In this document: piece by piece, positions 44,789-54,000 of the stretch
Position numbering within the stretch: position 1 is the first letter of the stretch
Layout of the letters: each line of letters begins with the position of its first letter
Assembly (NCBI GenBank): GCA_934771475.1
Contig: CAKVMD010000004.1
Location: 1,190 to 65,189, forward strand
Direction: 5' to 3'
Length of the DNA stretch: 64,000 nucleotides
DNA from: an uncultured Clostridia bacterium
Lineage (GTDB): Bacteria > Bacillota > Clostridia > Christensenellales > UBA1242
Position numbers and translations under genes: made by a program
The notes under the pieces: generated by a model
Seen by the model: the letters and a program-made list of their open reading frames with translations, nothing else
Told to the model about the DNA's origin: nothing
The model's database searches: none

Positions 44789-47521
44789 ATGGGACTTTTT
44801 GGAAATGAAAATAAATCACAAGTAAAAAAACTTAAAAAGATTGCCGACAAGGTTATAGCACTTGAAGATAAATATGCTTCGTATACAAACGAGCAACTTC
44901 GTGCTTGTACTGATGAATTTAGAAATAGATACAAAGCGGGAGAAAGCCTCAACGACCTTTTGCCAGAGGCGTTTGCTGTGGTAAGAGAATCAGCATGGCG
45001 CGTTCTTAAAATGAAACACTTTTATGTGCAAGTGCTTGGCGGAATTGCTCTTCATCAAGGAAGAATTGCTGAAATGGCGACTGGTGAAGGTAAAACCTTA
45101 GTTGCAACTCTTCCTGCATACCTTAACGCAATTTCTGGAAAGGGCGTTCATGTTGTAACAGTCAATGAATACCTTGCAAAGCGTGATGCCGAGTGGATGG
45201 GTAAGGTTTATAAATTCCTTGGACTGACTGTTGGAGTTACTCTTACTGGGCAAAGCGATGAAGATAAGAAAAAAGCCTATCTTGCTGATATTACTTACTG
45301 CACAAATAATGAACTTGGTTTTGACTACCTTAGAGACAATATGGCAAGAAGCAAAGAGGCGAGAGTTCAACGCGGGCTAAATTTTGCCATTGTCGATGAA
45401 GTGGACTCAATCTTAATTGATGAAGCAAGAACACCTCTTATTATCAGCGGAAGAGGGGGCAAATCTAGCGAGGGCTATGTTGTTGCTCAAAGATTTGTTA
45501 AAACTTTAAATAAAGACACAGATGTTGATATTGATATAAAAACAAAACAAATTCGCATGACAGACAAAGGTATTTCAAAAGCGGAGGCATTCTATAACGT
45601 TGAAAACCTTTCTGATATGGCAAACCTTGAAACAAACCATTATATCAACAACGCTCTTCGTGCAAACTTTATCATGCACCGCGATGAAAATTATATCGTA
45701 AAAGATGGCGAAGTTATAATCGTTGATGAGTTTACTGGTCGTCTTTCGCCGGGAAGAAGATTCTCTTCTGGACTTCATCAAGCGATTGAAGCAAAAGAAG
45801 GGGTGGACATTAAGGATGAAAACCAAACATTTGCTACAATAACCTTCCAAAACTTCTTCCGTTTGTATTCTAAACTTTCTGGTATGACTGGTACTGCAAA
45901 GACAGAAGAGGGTGAATTTAGAACTATTTACAGCCTTGATGTTGTTACAATTCCATCAAACCTTCCAAAACAGAGAGTTGACTATCCTGACATCATGTAT
46001 GTTACAGAAAATGGTAAAATTCCAGCCATAATTGAAGACATTAAAGAGTGTCAAGAAAAGGGACAACCTGTCCTTGTTGGAACAATCAACATCGACAAGA
46101 GTGAAATGATTTCAGAGCATCTTAAACGCGCAGGAATTAAGCACCAAGTTTTGAACGCTAAAAACCACGAAAAAGAAAGTGAAATTGTGGCTCAGGCGGG
46201 AAGAAAAGGTGCGGTTACTATTGCGACAAATATGGCGGGAAGAGGTACCGATATTTTGCTTGGCGGAAACCCAGAATTTATGGCTACAAAAGCAATGAGA
46301 GATGAGGGATTTAGCGATGAAGAAATCTCTTATGCAACCGCTTTCAACTTTGTTGATGATGAAAATTTAAACAAGGCAAGAGACCGTTATACCGAACTTT
46401 ATGATAGTTATAAAAAAATAACTGACGCCGAGAAACAAGAGGTTAAAACACTTGGTGGATTGCATATTATAGGAACCGAGCGCCACGAGTCAAGGCGTAT
46501 TGATAACCAGCTTCGCGGGCGTGCTGGAAGACAGGGCGACCCAGGGTCAAGCGTGTTCTATCTTTCGCTTGATGACGACCTTTTTAGACGCTTTGCAACA
46601 GATAGACTTCGTAAGGTTTTTGCATTTTTTAGAATTGACGATTCTACCCCAATTCAGATGAAGATTATTGCTCGTCAAGTGGAAGCGAGCCAACGCAAAA
46701 TTGAACTTCAAAACTTTGGTATGAGAAAGAGCGTTTTGCAGTTTGACGATGTTATGAACAAGCAAAGAGAAATCATTTATGCAGAGCGTAATGAGGTGCT
46801 TGATGGCAAGCCTGTTCACGACCAAATTGAGAGAATGATTCCAGAGGTTGTAACGCGCGTTTGCAATAAAGTTATCAGTGATGATAAGCCATTCTATGAA
46901 TGGGATTTACAGGCGCTTAATAAGGTGCTTGAAAACGGAATTTTAGAGCGCGGGAGCAACACAATCACAGAGGAGTTTGTTGATGGTTGCGATGCAAACG
47001 AGGTTATCGAAAAAATCATCAAAATTGTCGATGAGAAATATGCACAAAAACAAAAAGAAGTTGAGTCTTATGGCGTAAACTTTGAAGATATTGAAAGAAA
47101 TATTCTTCTTCGTATGGTAGATGTTAACTGGATGAGTCAAATCGAAGATATGCAAATCATGAAAGACGAAATCTTGTCAAGACAATATGGTCAACAAGAC
47201 CCAGTCCTTGCTTATAAAAAGGAGGGTTTTGCAATGTTCGATGCCATGGTTGACAGAATTAAAGAGACCACTTGCAAATTCCTTTTAAGTGCTAGAATTC
47301 AAGGCGAACCAGCCCAGCCAGCGCCAGAGCCTGTAAAGGTTGTTTTCACTGGCAAGGAACTTACAAAAGAAGAGAGAGAAGCGCAAAAGAAAAGCAAAAA
47401 TCTTATTGTGCAAAAAACGGTTTCAATAGGCAAATCAAAGGCGGGCAGAAATGACCCTTGTCCATGTGGAAGTGGTAAAAAATACAAAAATTGTTGTTGG
47501 ACAGCCGACCACATGGAGTAG
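44789..47521 (+). CDS. secA: preprotein translocase ATPase SecA
   Basis: MATGEGKTLV Walker A, DEVDSILIDEARTPLIIS, and the C-terminal zinc motif CPCGSGKKYKNCC. Confidence 0.95.
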   Translation: MGLFGNENKSQVKKLKKIADKVIALEDKYASYTNEQLRACTDEFRNRYKAGESLNDLLPEAFAVVRESAWRVLKMKHFYVQVLGGIALHQGRIAEMATGEGKTLVATLPAYLNAISGKGVHVVTVNEYLAKRDAEWMGKVYKFLGLTVGVTLTGQSDEDKKKAYLADITYCTNNELGFDYLRDNMARSKEARVQRGLNFAIVDEVDSILIDEARTPLIISGRGGKSSEGYVVAQRFVKTLNKDTDVDIDIKTKQIRMTDKGISKAEAFYNVENLSDMANLETNHYINNALRANFIMHRDENYIVKDGEVIIVDEFTGRLSPGRRFSSGLHQAIEAKEGVDIKDENQTFATITFQNFFRLYSKLSGMTGTAKTEEGEFRTIYSLDVVTIPSNLPKQRVDYPDIMYVTENGKIPAIIEDIKECQEKGQPVLVGTINIDKSEMISEHLKRAGIKHQVLNAKNHEKESEIVAQAGRKGAVTIATNMAGRGTDILLGGNPEFMATKAMRDEGFSDEEISYATAFNFVDDENLNKARDRYTELYDSYKKITDAEKQEVKTLGGLHIIGTERHESRRIDNQLRGRAGRQGDPGSSVFYLSLDDDLFRRFATDRLRKVFAFFRIDDSTPIQMKIIARQVEASQRKIELQNFGMRKSVLQFDDVMNKQREIIYAERNEVLDGKPVHDQIERMIPEVVTRVCNKVISDDKPFYEWDLQALNKVLENGILERGSNTITEEFVDGCDANEVIEKIIKIVDEKYAQKQKEVESYGVNFEDIERNILLRMVDVNWMSQIEDMQIMKDEILSRQYGQQDPVLAYKKEGFAMFDAMVDRIKETTCKFLLSARIQGEPAQPAPEPVKVVFTGKELTKEEREAQKKSKNLIVQKTVSIGKSKAGRNDPCPCGSGKKYKNCCWTADHME

Positions 47522-47605
47522 GCTGTCAACAAAAAATTCAAAAATTTTATTCAATCGTTTTGTAAAAGTAAACTTTTATGCTATTCTATCTATGAGGAGC
47601 AAACC

Positions 47606-47893
47606 ATGAAGCGTTATACTTACCCTGCAATTTTTGTTAAAGATGAAGATAAAAACGAATTTAATGTTCTTTTCCCAGACCTTGAAATAGTTACAGACGG
47701 CAGGTTTGTTGAGGAGGCTTACCTTTATGCAAAGGCAAGTTTGAAAGAATATTTCCTTTATGCCGAAAAATTTAACCTTGACTACAATTTTCCATCATCT
47801 TTTGACAGCGTAAGAAAGGTTGCAAACAAAGATGAGTTTGTGCTTCTTGTGGACACCGAAATTGACGAAAAGGAACTTGTTTGTCGAGACTAG
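47606..47893 (+). CDS. HicB-N-like (antitoxin-fold) small protein, orphan
   Basis: YPAIFVKDEDKNEFNVLFPDL...EEAYLYAKASLKEY resembles the HicB N-terminal domain. There is no DNA-binding C-domain and no adjacent HicA. Confidence 0.45.
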   Translation: MKRYTYPAIFVKDEDKNEFNVLFPDLEIVTDGRFVEEAYLYAKASLKEYFLYAEKFNLDYNFPSSFDSVRKVANKDEFVLLVDTEIDEKELVCRD

Positions 47894-47952
47894 GTAAAAC
47901 CCGATAATTCGGGTAAATTTTCAAAAAAAATGTGAAAAACATAAAGTTTTTG

Positions 47953-48018
47953 TTGACAATAAATTATAAACATGTTATTATAGGCTAACACTTCGAACGA
48001 ATGAGGTGTTAGTTTTTT
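47953..48018 (+). promoter_or_regulatory. promoter TTGACA-17-TATTAT followed by a terminator-like leader hairpin upstream of rpmG
   Basis: -35 at 47953-47958 and -10 at 47976-47981. Stem ctaacac/gtgttag (47985-47991/48006-48012) followed by T6 (48013-48018). Confidence 0.5.
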
Positions 48019-48033
48019 GTTAGGAGAAAGAAA

Positions 48034-48195
48034 ATGGCAGTACCAAAACGCAAAAATATCATTCTTGCTTGCACTGAATGTCAAGAAAGAAATTATGCAA
48101 CAAGCAAGAACACCGCTGCAAATCCAGAAAGAATTGAAATCGTTAAATTCTGTTCTAGATGCGGAAAGAGAACCACTCACAAGGAAACAAAATAA
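48034..48195 (+). CDS. rpmG: 50S ribosomal protein L33
   Basis: Not in the ORF track (53 aa): [64 protein letters not shown]. Has the CxxC...CxxC zinc ribbon. Confidence 0.9.
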   Translation: MAVPKRKNIILACTECQERNYATSKNTAANPERIEIVKFCSRCGKRTTHKETK

Positions 48196-48210
48196 TTTAT
48201 TGGGGGTTTT

Positions 48211-48576
48211 ATGTCTAAAAACAAAAAGTCAGAGCCAGTGGTAGAAGTTGAAAATCAACCAATATCAGAAGAGGCTACAACAACTCTTGTAGAGGCAACT
48301 GCGGAAGCAAAAGAAACCGCAAAGGCAAATCAAACAGACAAAAACGCAAAAGTTAAGGACAACAAAAAATCAAACAAAAAGCCTGCAAAGGAAAAAGGCA
48401 AATTCAAAAGAAAGGCAAAGGAAACTATGAGTGAACTCAAAAAGGTTACTTGGCCTACTTTTGGTGAGGTTTGCAAAAGAACAGGCGTTGTTTTAGTTGT
48501 TGTGCTTGTTTTTGCAGTCGTAATCTTTGGAATTGATTATTGCTTAGGTTTACTCACTGGATTGTTGAAGAAATAG
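48211..48576 (+). CDS. secE: preprotein translocase subunit SecE with long Lys-rich N-terminal extension
   Basis: C-terminal KKVTWPT... plus a single TM helix. Conserved position between rpmG and nusG. Confidence 0.85.
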   Translation: MSKNKKSEPVVEVENQPISEEATTTLVEATAEAKETAKANQTDKNAKVKDNKKSNKKPAKEKGKFKRKAKETMSELKKVTWPTFGEVCKRTGVVLVVVLVFAVVIFGIDYCLGLLTGLLKK

Positions 48577-48584
48577 GAGAAGGT

Positions 48585-49211
48585 ATGGAAGAAAAAGAAA
48601 TGCTTGATAATCAAGTTACCCCAGTTGAAGAGGAAACTAAACCAGTAGAAAAAAGCGAAGACCAACTTTCTTATGAAGAGTTTGTTGCTTCCCTTCCAGA
48701 AAAATGGTATGTTTTGCACACTTTTTCAGGGTATGAAAATGTTGCAAAAGAAAATCTTGAAACTGTGGTTGAGAAATTTAATCTTCAAGACAGAATTTTT
48801 GACATAGTAATTCCTATGGAAGATGTGGTTGAAGAGAAAAACGGAAAGAAAAAACTTGTTCAAAGAAAGGCTATGCCATGCTATATCTTGGTTAAGATGA
48901 AGTATGCTGATGACCTTTGGCACAATGTTACAAGAACGAGAGGTATTACAGGCTTTGTTGGCCCAAAGGGACGCCCTCTTGCCCTCACTGAGGATGAGGT
49001 TATTAAACTTAGACTTGAAAAAATCAAAGTTGAAGTTGATCTTGCGGTGGGAGACAAAGTTGAAATTGTGGATGGACCTCTTGATGGAATGATTGGAGAA
49101 GTTACTTCAATTAACACCGAAACAGGTATTGTTGGCGTTAATGTCGAGATGTTTGGAAGAGAGACTGCTGTTGAAGTTGAGATGAGTCAAATTCACAAAA
49201 TAAACAACTAA
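48585..49211 (+). CDS. nusG: transcription termination/antitermination factor NusG
   Basis: WYVLHTFSGYENVAK (NGN domain) and a KOW domain (GDKVEIVDGPLDGMIGEV). Start taken at the ATG at 48585, after GGAGAAGG. Confidence 0.9.
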   Translation: MEEKEMLDNQVTPVEEETKPVEKSEDQLSYEEFVASLPEKWYVLHTFSGYENVAKENLETVVEKFNLQDRIFDIVIPMEDVVEEKNGKKKLVQRKAMPCYILVKMKYADDLWHNVTRTRGITGFVGPKGRPLALTEDEVIKLRLEKIKVEVDLAVGDKVEIVDGPLDGMIGEVTSINTETGIVGVNVEMFGRETAVEVEMSQIHKINN

Positions 49212-49465
49212 ACTTGTAAAAACTGTTTCTTATTACTTACATTTACTAGCAAAAGAAAGCATAAAAGCGAAAGCGAGCTCTCGCTCATTGGCGATGATTA
49301 AATCTCGTAAAATAAAGGTGTACGCTTTTAACAAAGGCTTTCACAATTTTAATTTGGTATAACGCGGGCAACCGCTTAATTATACACTCGAAAGATAAAG
49401 TCTTTCGTTTTAGATGTGGGAGGACGGAACTGCAACCGTTCATTACACCACAAAAGGAGGAAAAA

Positions 49466-49894
49466 ATGGCAGAGAAAAAAGTTGCTGCGGTTGTAAAATT
49501 ACAACTTGCCGCTGGTAAAGCCACACCGGGACCTCCAGTTGGTTCAACACTTGGACCTCATGGAATTAACCTTGGCGCATTTACCAAAGAATTCAATGAG
49601 AAGACCGCTTCTCAAGCAGGACTCGTTATTCCTGTGGTTGTAACTATCTATGCTGATAGAAGTTACTCATTCGTACTCAAAACCCCACCAGCAGCCATTC
49701 TTATTATGAAGGCTATTGGACTTGAAAAGGGTTCTGCTGTACCAAACAAACAAAAAGTCGGAACAATCACAAAAGCACAAATCAAACAGATTGCTGAAAC
49801 AAAGATGCCAGACCTTAACTGCACTTCAATCGAATCTGCAATGAGCATGATTGCTGGTGCCGCTCGTAGTATGGGCGTTACCGTTGTTGACTAA
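49466..49894 (+). CDS. rplK: 50S ribosomal protein L11
   Basis: [25 protein letters not shown]. Confidence 0.95.
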   Translation: MAEKKVAAVVKLQLAAGKATPGPPVGSTLGPHGINLGAFTKEFNEKTASQAGLVIPVVVTIYADRSYSFVLKTPPAAILIMKAIGLEKGSAVPNKQKVGTITKAQIKQIAETKMPDLNCTSIESAMSMIAGAARSMGVTVVD

Positions 49895-49905
49895 GGAGGA
49901 AAAGC

Positions 49906-50586
49906 ATGAAAGCATCTAAAAGACTTGCACAAGCATCTGAAATGGTTAAACAAAAATCTTATGACATTGCTGGTGGACTTGACGCACTCTTGTCTCTTCC
50001 AAAAGCAAAATTTGACGAAACAGTTGAACTTCATGTTCGCCTTGGTGTAGATGGTAAAAACGCTGACCAACAGGTTAGAGGAGTTTGTATCCTTCCTCAC
50101 GGAACAGGAAAAGAACTTAAAGTTTTGGTTATCGCAAAGGGTGATAAGGCTGATGAAGCTACAAAAGCAGGCGCTGACTATGTTGGCGCAGAAGAAATCA
50201 TCGCAAAAATCCAAGGTGGTTGGCTTGATTTCGACGTTTGTATCACAACCCCAGATATGATGGGACTTGTAGGAAGAGTTGCTAGAATTTTAGGACCTAA
50301 GGGTCTTATGCCAAACCCAAAGAGCGGAACAGTTACTATGGACGTTACTAAGGCTATCAACGATGCCAAAGCTGGTAAAGTTGAATATAGACTTGACAAA
50401 ACAAACAATGTCCATGTAATTCTTGGAAAAGTAAGTTTCGGTAAGGAAAAATTGATGGACAACTTCAATACAGTTATTGAAGCACTCATCAAGGCAAAGC
50501 CTGCTGCTGCAAAGGGACAATATTTTAGAAATGTTGCCATTGCATCAACAATGGGACCTGGAATTAAAATCAACGTTACTCTTTAA
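49906..50586 (+). CDS. rplA: 50S ribosomal protein L1
   Basis: [14 protein letters not shown] and the [23 protein letters not shown] motif. Confidence 0.95.
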   Translation: MKASKRLAQASEMVKQKSYDIAGGLDALLSLPKAKFDETVELHVRLGVDGKNADQQVRGVCILPHGTGKELKVLVIAKGDKADEATKAGADYVGAEEIIAKIQGGWLDFDVCITTPDMMGLVGRVARILGPKGLMPNPKSGTVTMDVTKAINDAKAGKVEYRLDKTNNVHVILGKVSFGKEKLMDNFNTVIEALIKAKPAAAKGQYFRNVAIASTMGPGIKINVTL

Positions 50587-50624
50587 TTCTTATTGCCAAA
50601 AGACATGAAAAACATGTAAAAAAA

Positions 50625-50658
50625 ATAGGTTTTCGCGTAAGCGAGAGCCTATTTTTTT
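50625..50658 (+). terminator. rplA terminator (plus-strand specific)
   Basis: 12-bp stem ataggttttcgc/gcgagagcctat. Its two G.U pairs form only in the plus-strand RNA. T7 follows. Confidence 0.8.
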
Positions 50659-50743
50659 GCCATAACAAAGCCATAACAAAGCCATAACAAAGCCATAACA
50701 AAGCCATAACAAAGCCATAACAAAGCCATAACAAAGCCATAAG
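50659..50743. repeat. 11-bp tandem array GCCATAACAAA x7 plus one partial copy
   Basis: Perfect copies start at 50659, 50670, 50681, 50692, 50703, 50714 and 50725. A partial copy is at 50736. Confidence 0.95.
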
Positions 50744-50761
50744 ATAGACAAAATATCAAAC

Positions 50762-50794
50762 AAAAAACCTTGCAAAAGCCTTGCAAGGTTTTTT
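50762..50794. terminator. bidirectional terminator
   Basis: Stem accttgcaa/ttgcaaggt, flanked by A6 and T6. Confidence 0.75.
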
Positions 50795-50926
50795 ATGTAT
50801 ATTAAAGGTATTAAAATCTAAATGTAAAGAAAATTTTACCACTTTTCGCTTAATGTAAGCGCGCTAAATTAAAATAGTGTCATCAAGTTTTTAAAACTCT
50901 ATTTTTAGCACCACTTACAATGCAAG

Positions 50927-51001
50927 GTGAGTTCACTCACGCGGACCGTAAAATAGTTTAACATTTAGATTATGCTTACGATAGAAAGTAAGTTTACTTA
51001 C
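50927..51001. repeat. second locus of the GTGAGTnnACTCAC palindromic element
   Basis: gtgagttcactcac at 50927-50940, preceded by caatgcaagg. gtaagtttacttac at 50988-51001, preceded by ttacgatag and overlapping the stop codon of the 2832-aa gene. Confidence 0.8.
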
Positions 51002-54000
51002 TTAACGCGTTGACGCTTACGCAATTTGACTGTTATAAAGATTATAGTTCCAAGGGCAATCACGCCAAGAATTATTGCAATAATTGCAAAAGCGTTGAGT
51101 GGTTCATTCTTTATAACCTTGTAAGAGTATATAAGTTGTCCGCTTGCAGTGTAAACTTGAATGTAGTAAGTTCCAGATTGTGAAAGCGTGATAACTTCGG
51201 TTTCGTTAAGTGTAGGCAAGGTTTCAGCGTTGTAATATCTAATTGTTGAGCCAATCTTAATGTAACTATCACCAACTGCTTCGTAGAAGTTTGCAACATT
51301 AAATGTTATAGTAATATCATTTGTTGTTGCTTGCCCTTGACCAATAGAAACCTCAATAGGAGGAACGGCATGGTTTATCCAAAGTTCAAATGTAAAGCAT
51401 TTAACTCCAACATTTTCATACGCTTTTTCGTTAGGACAAATAGTAATCTTATATCTTCCTGTTCCAGTTTTCTCGTCAAGATAATTGAGACTGAGAGCGG
51501 ATAGATAAGTTTTCCCGTCTACTACAATGGTGTCTTTAAAACTTCCAAAATTGAGGAAATCTTCGGTTATATCACCAAGTCCAGATTTCTCGATTTTTGA
51601 AATATAGTAATTTGAGTAAGCAGGGAAATTAAATGCCGAACGCGACTCGTTCTTGCTTATAATCATGAAGTTGAAAGTCTTTGACTTTATTTGAACTTCA
51701 CCTTTTGCGCTTTTAGCAGAGAAGTCTACTTGATAGTATCCAGGCTCGCTGAAAGTGAATGTATAGTTTCTTTCAATATATCCGTTTCCACCAGATGATT
51801 TATTATAAACTTTACCATTGCGATAAACGGTGATTTGTGGATAATTTGAAGGCGCATAGAACGAACTCAAATTTGTAAGAGAGAGCGTTACTCTAGAATT
51901 GTATATAGTATTTTGAATTGCTTCGGTCGTTGTTGTATTCCCTTCGCTGTCTGTGCTTGTAACTGTAAATGGAATTGAATTTAAGAAGAAGAGATACATA
52001 TAGTTACTACCTTTAAATGTTTGGTAGTTTGCTGGTTCGCATGAGTCGTGGAGACTTATGCGGTAATAACCTGCGCGGGTAATGTATGCTGTTGCAAGGG
52101 TGTCAGTGTAGTCAATTTCAGGTGAAACATCTACAAAGTTGCCTTCAAACATTTTCTCAACCTTAATATGGATGCGGTTAGAAGTTATGCCATAGAAAGG
52201 AGTAAATGTAAGTTTAAGTCTTTCAAATCCAGTGTCTGACTGGCTTGCTACAATAGTTTCATTTGCTTTTCCAAGCAGAGATTCGCTTGCGCCAGAAGGT
52301 GATTCATAACTAAATAATGATGCAAAATCGTTGTTTGGCTTAATATAGAGTATAGCAAATGAACCGCTTGATTCTGTGCAAGAATATGTATAAACTTCAA
52401 CATAAACATTCGTGCCAGTTGTTTTAACTTCTGGGTCTGAAATAACAACGCCAAGTTCCTCATTTCTAGTAATAATAACACGATTTCGATTGCTGTAATC
52501 TACACCAACAAGGTAGTTGACTTCATAGGTTACGCCATTGTTGTCAGTGTAGGTGAGGTTAGAACGCTCAACTCTTACTCCATCAATAGTTATTGTGTAG
52601 TAAGATGCTGTCGAATCCCAAATCGTAACCATGTAAGCCTTATAACTGTTTGTAAGGATTGTTTCATCATCGTAAATAAAGAATATTAGGTAATCTCCTG
52701 CGCCACGGATAACATAACTTGATATGTTTCCATCTTGCATTTCAAGTTTTGTAAATGATTGTCCATTGTCGCTTGAAATGTATGCTGAATAAGGATATTC
52801 TTTCTTGTATGCTTCTGCTGTTCCGTTATCAGAAGGAGAATTTAAATATTTCATTGTTACAACTGATGAGTAGGTTGAAAGGTAGGTTGCTTGTGCGTTT
52901 GTGAAACTCTTTCCGCCAACAATAACAGTTTGTGATAGTGTTTTGTTTTGGGCTTTGTCATCACTGAAAGCATTCAAGTTTCTATCAAGGAATGCTACTC
53001 CGCCGTTTATAAGCGTAGCGGAATTTGTGAATGCTGGCAATTTGTTGTAAATGCGAATATGAATTGTTCGCAAAGGTGTACGGTTAGCGCCAATATCTGC
53101 CGCATCATAGATTGTCAAAGTAAAGCATTTGTTAGTTTGATTAAAGGTTAATGAGCGAATGCTATCTTTGTTGCTTGTAAAGTAGTCCCCATTGGTTGCG
53201 AGTCTACTGTCTGTTTCATTGTAAACTACAACATCGTATAACTTCAAGTGGTAGTTAAAAGTAACATCTTTTTCGCTTATATATGTCTTGCTGTTATCAC
53301 TTTCTGTTACTTCATAAACACTGCCATTTCCAACGATTTCATTGTATGAAGCAATGTTTGCAAGTTGAACAACGATTGATTCGTTTCCAAAGTTATCTGT
53401 GATTGTATATCTCAATTTTTCACCACTCGAAGCAATTATTGTGCTGAGTGTGAGTTTTCCGTTTGCAAGAGTTATGTTTACAGAGTTTGATGGGTCTGCG
53501 ATGTTCCAAGTTCCATACAACCCGCTATTAGTTTGTGCGGTTGCTACTTCTTCGTATGTATTTCCATTAAGTCTTTCAACTTTTATCTTAGTAGGGAAAA
53601 CATAACCATAAGTGTTGCTGTTTAAACTTTCTTGCGATGGAATATTGATGTTTAACTGTGCTTGTGGATCCTTGTAAGAAGTTGAAGTTATAAGATTAGC
53701 GTTGTAAATAGTTAAGAATAGCGTTGTGTTTTCTTCACCATTTCTATTTGCAAATTGTAATTGGTGTTTGCGGTTAGATGACGCAAGTCCACTAAACAAA
53801 CTTGAAAGTGAAACAGTGTTAAAATTTGAATTGCCAAGAACATAAACAGTATCTTTATCAAGCCATGGAGAGCGCATATAAATGCTTGCTACTTGTCCGG
53901 CTTTTCTAACTAAGAAGATTTCCCATTCATCGCTATTGTAGTCGATGCTAGTAATTTCAAATCCCGTGTTAGAGTATAAATTGTAGTTGTTTTCAATCAT

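Noticed and set aside
48540-48584. Earlier start for nusG overlapping secE
   Set aside because: The ATG at 48585 has a GGAGAAGG RBS. The upstream extension (MLRFTHWIVEEIGEG) overlaps the secE 3' end and is not NusG-like.
49212-49465. L1-binding autoregulatory leader upstream of rplK
   Set aside because: A 254-nt leader with small hairpins (for example gacgg-aactgcaa-ccgtt at 49422-49439, next to gggagg) is compatible with such a site. I cannot match it confidently to the L1 rRNA-mimic consensus from memory, so it is left uncalled.
50659-50743. Tandem arrays considered as CRISPR
   Set aside because: The units are 11 bp and directly abutting, with no spacers. No cas genes are in the window. 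They are not CRISPR.
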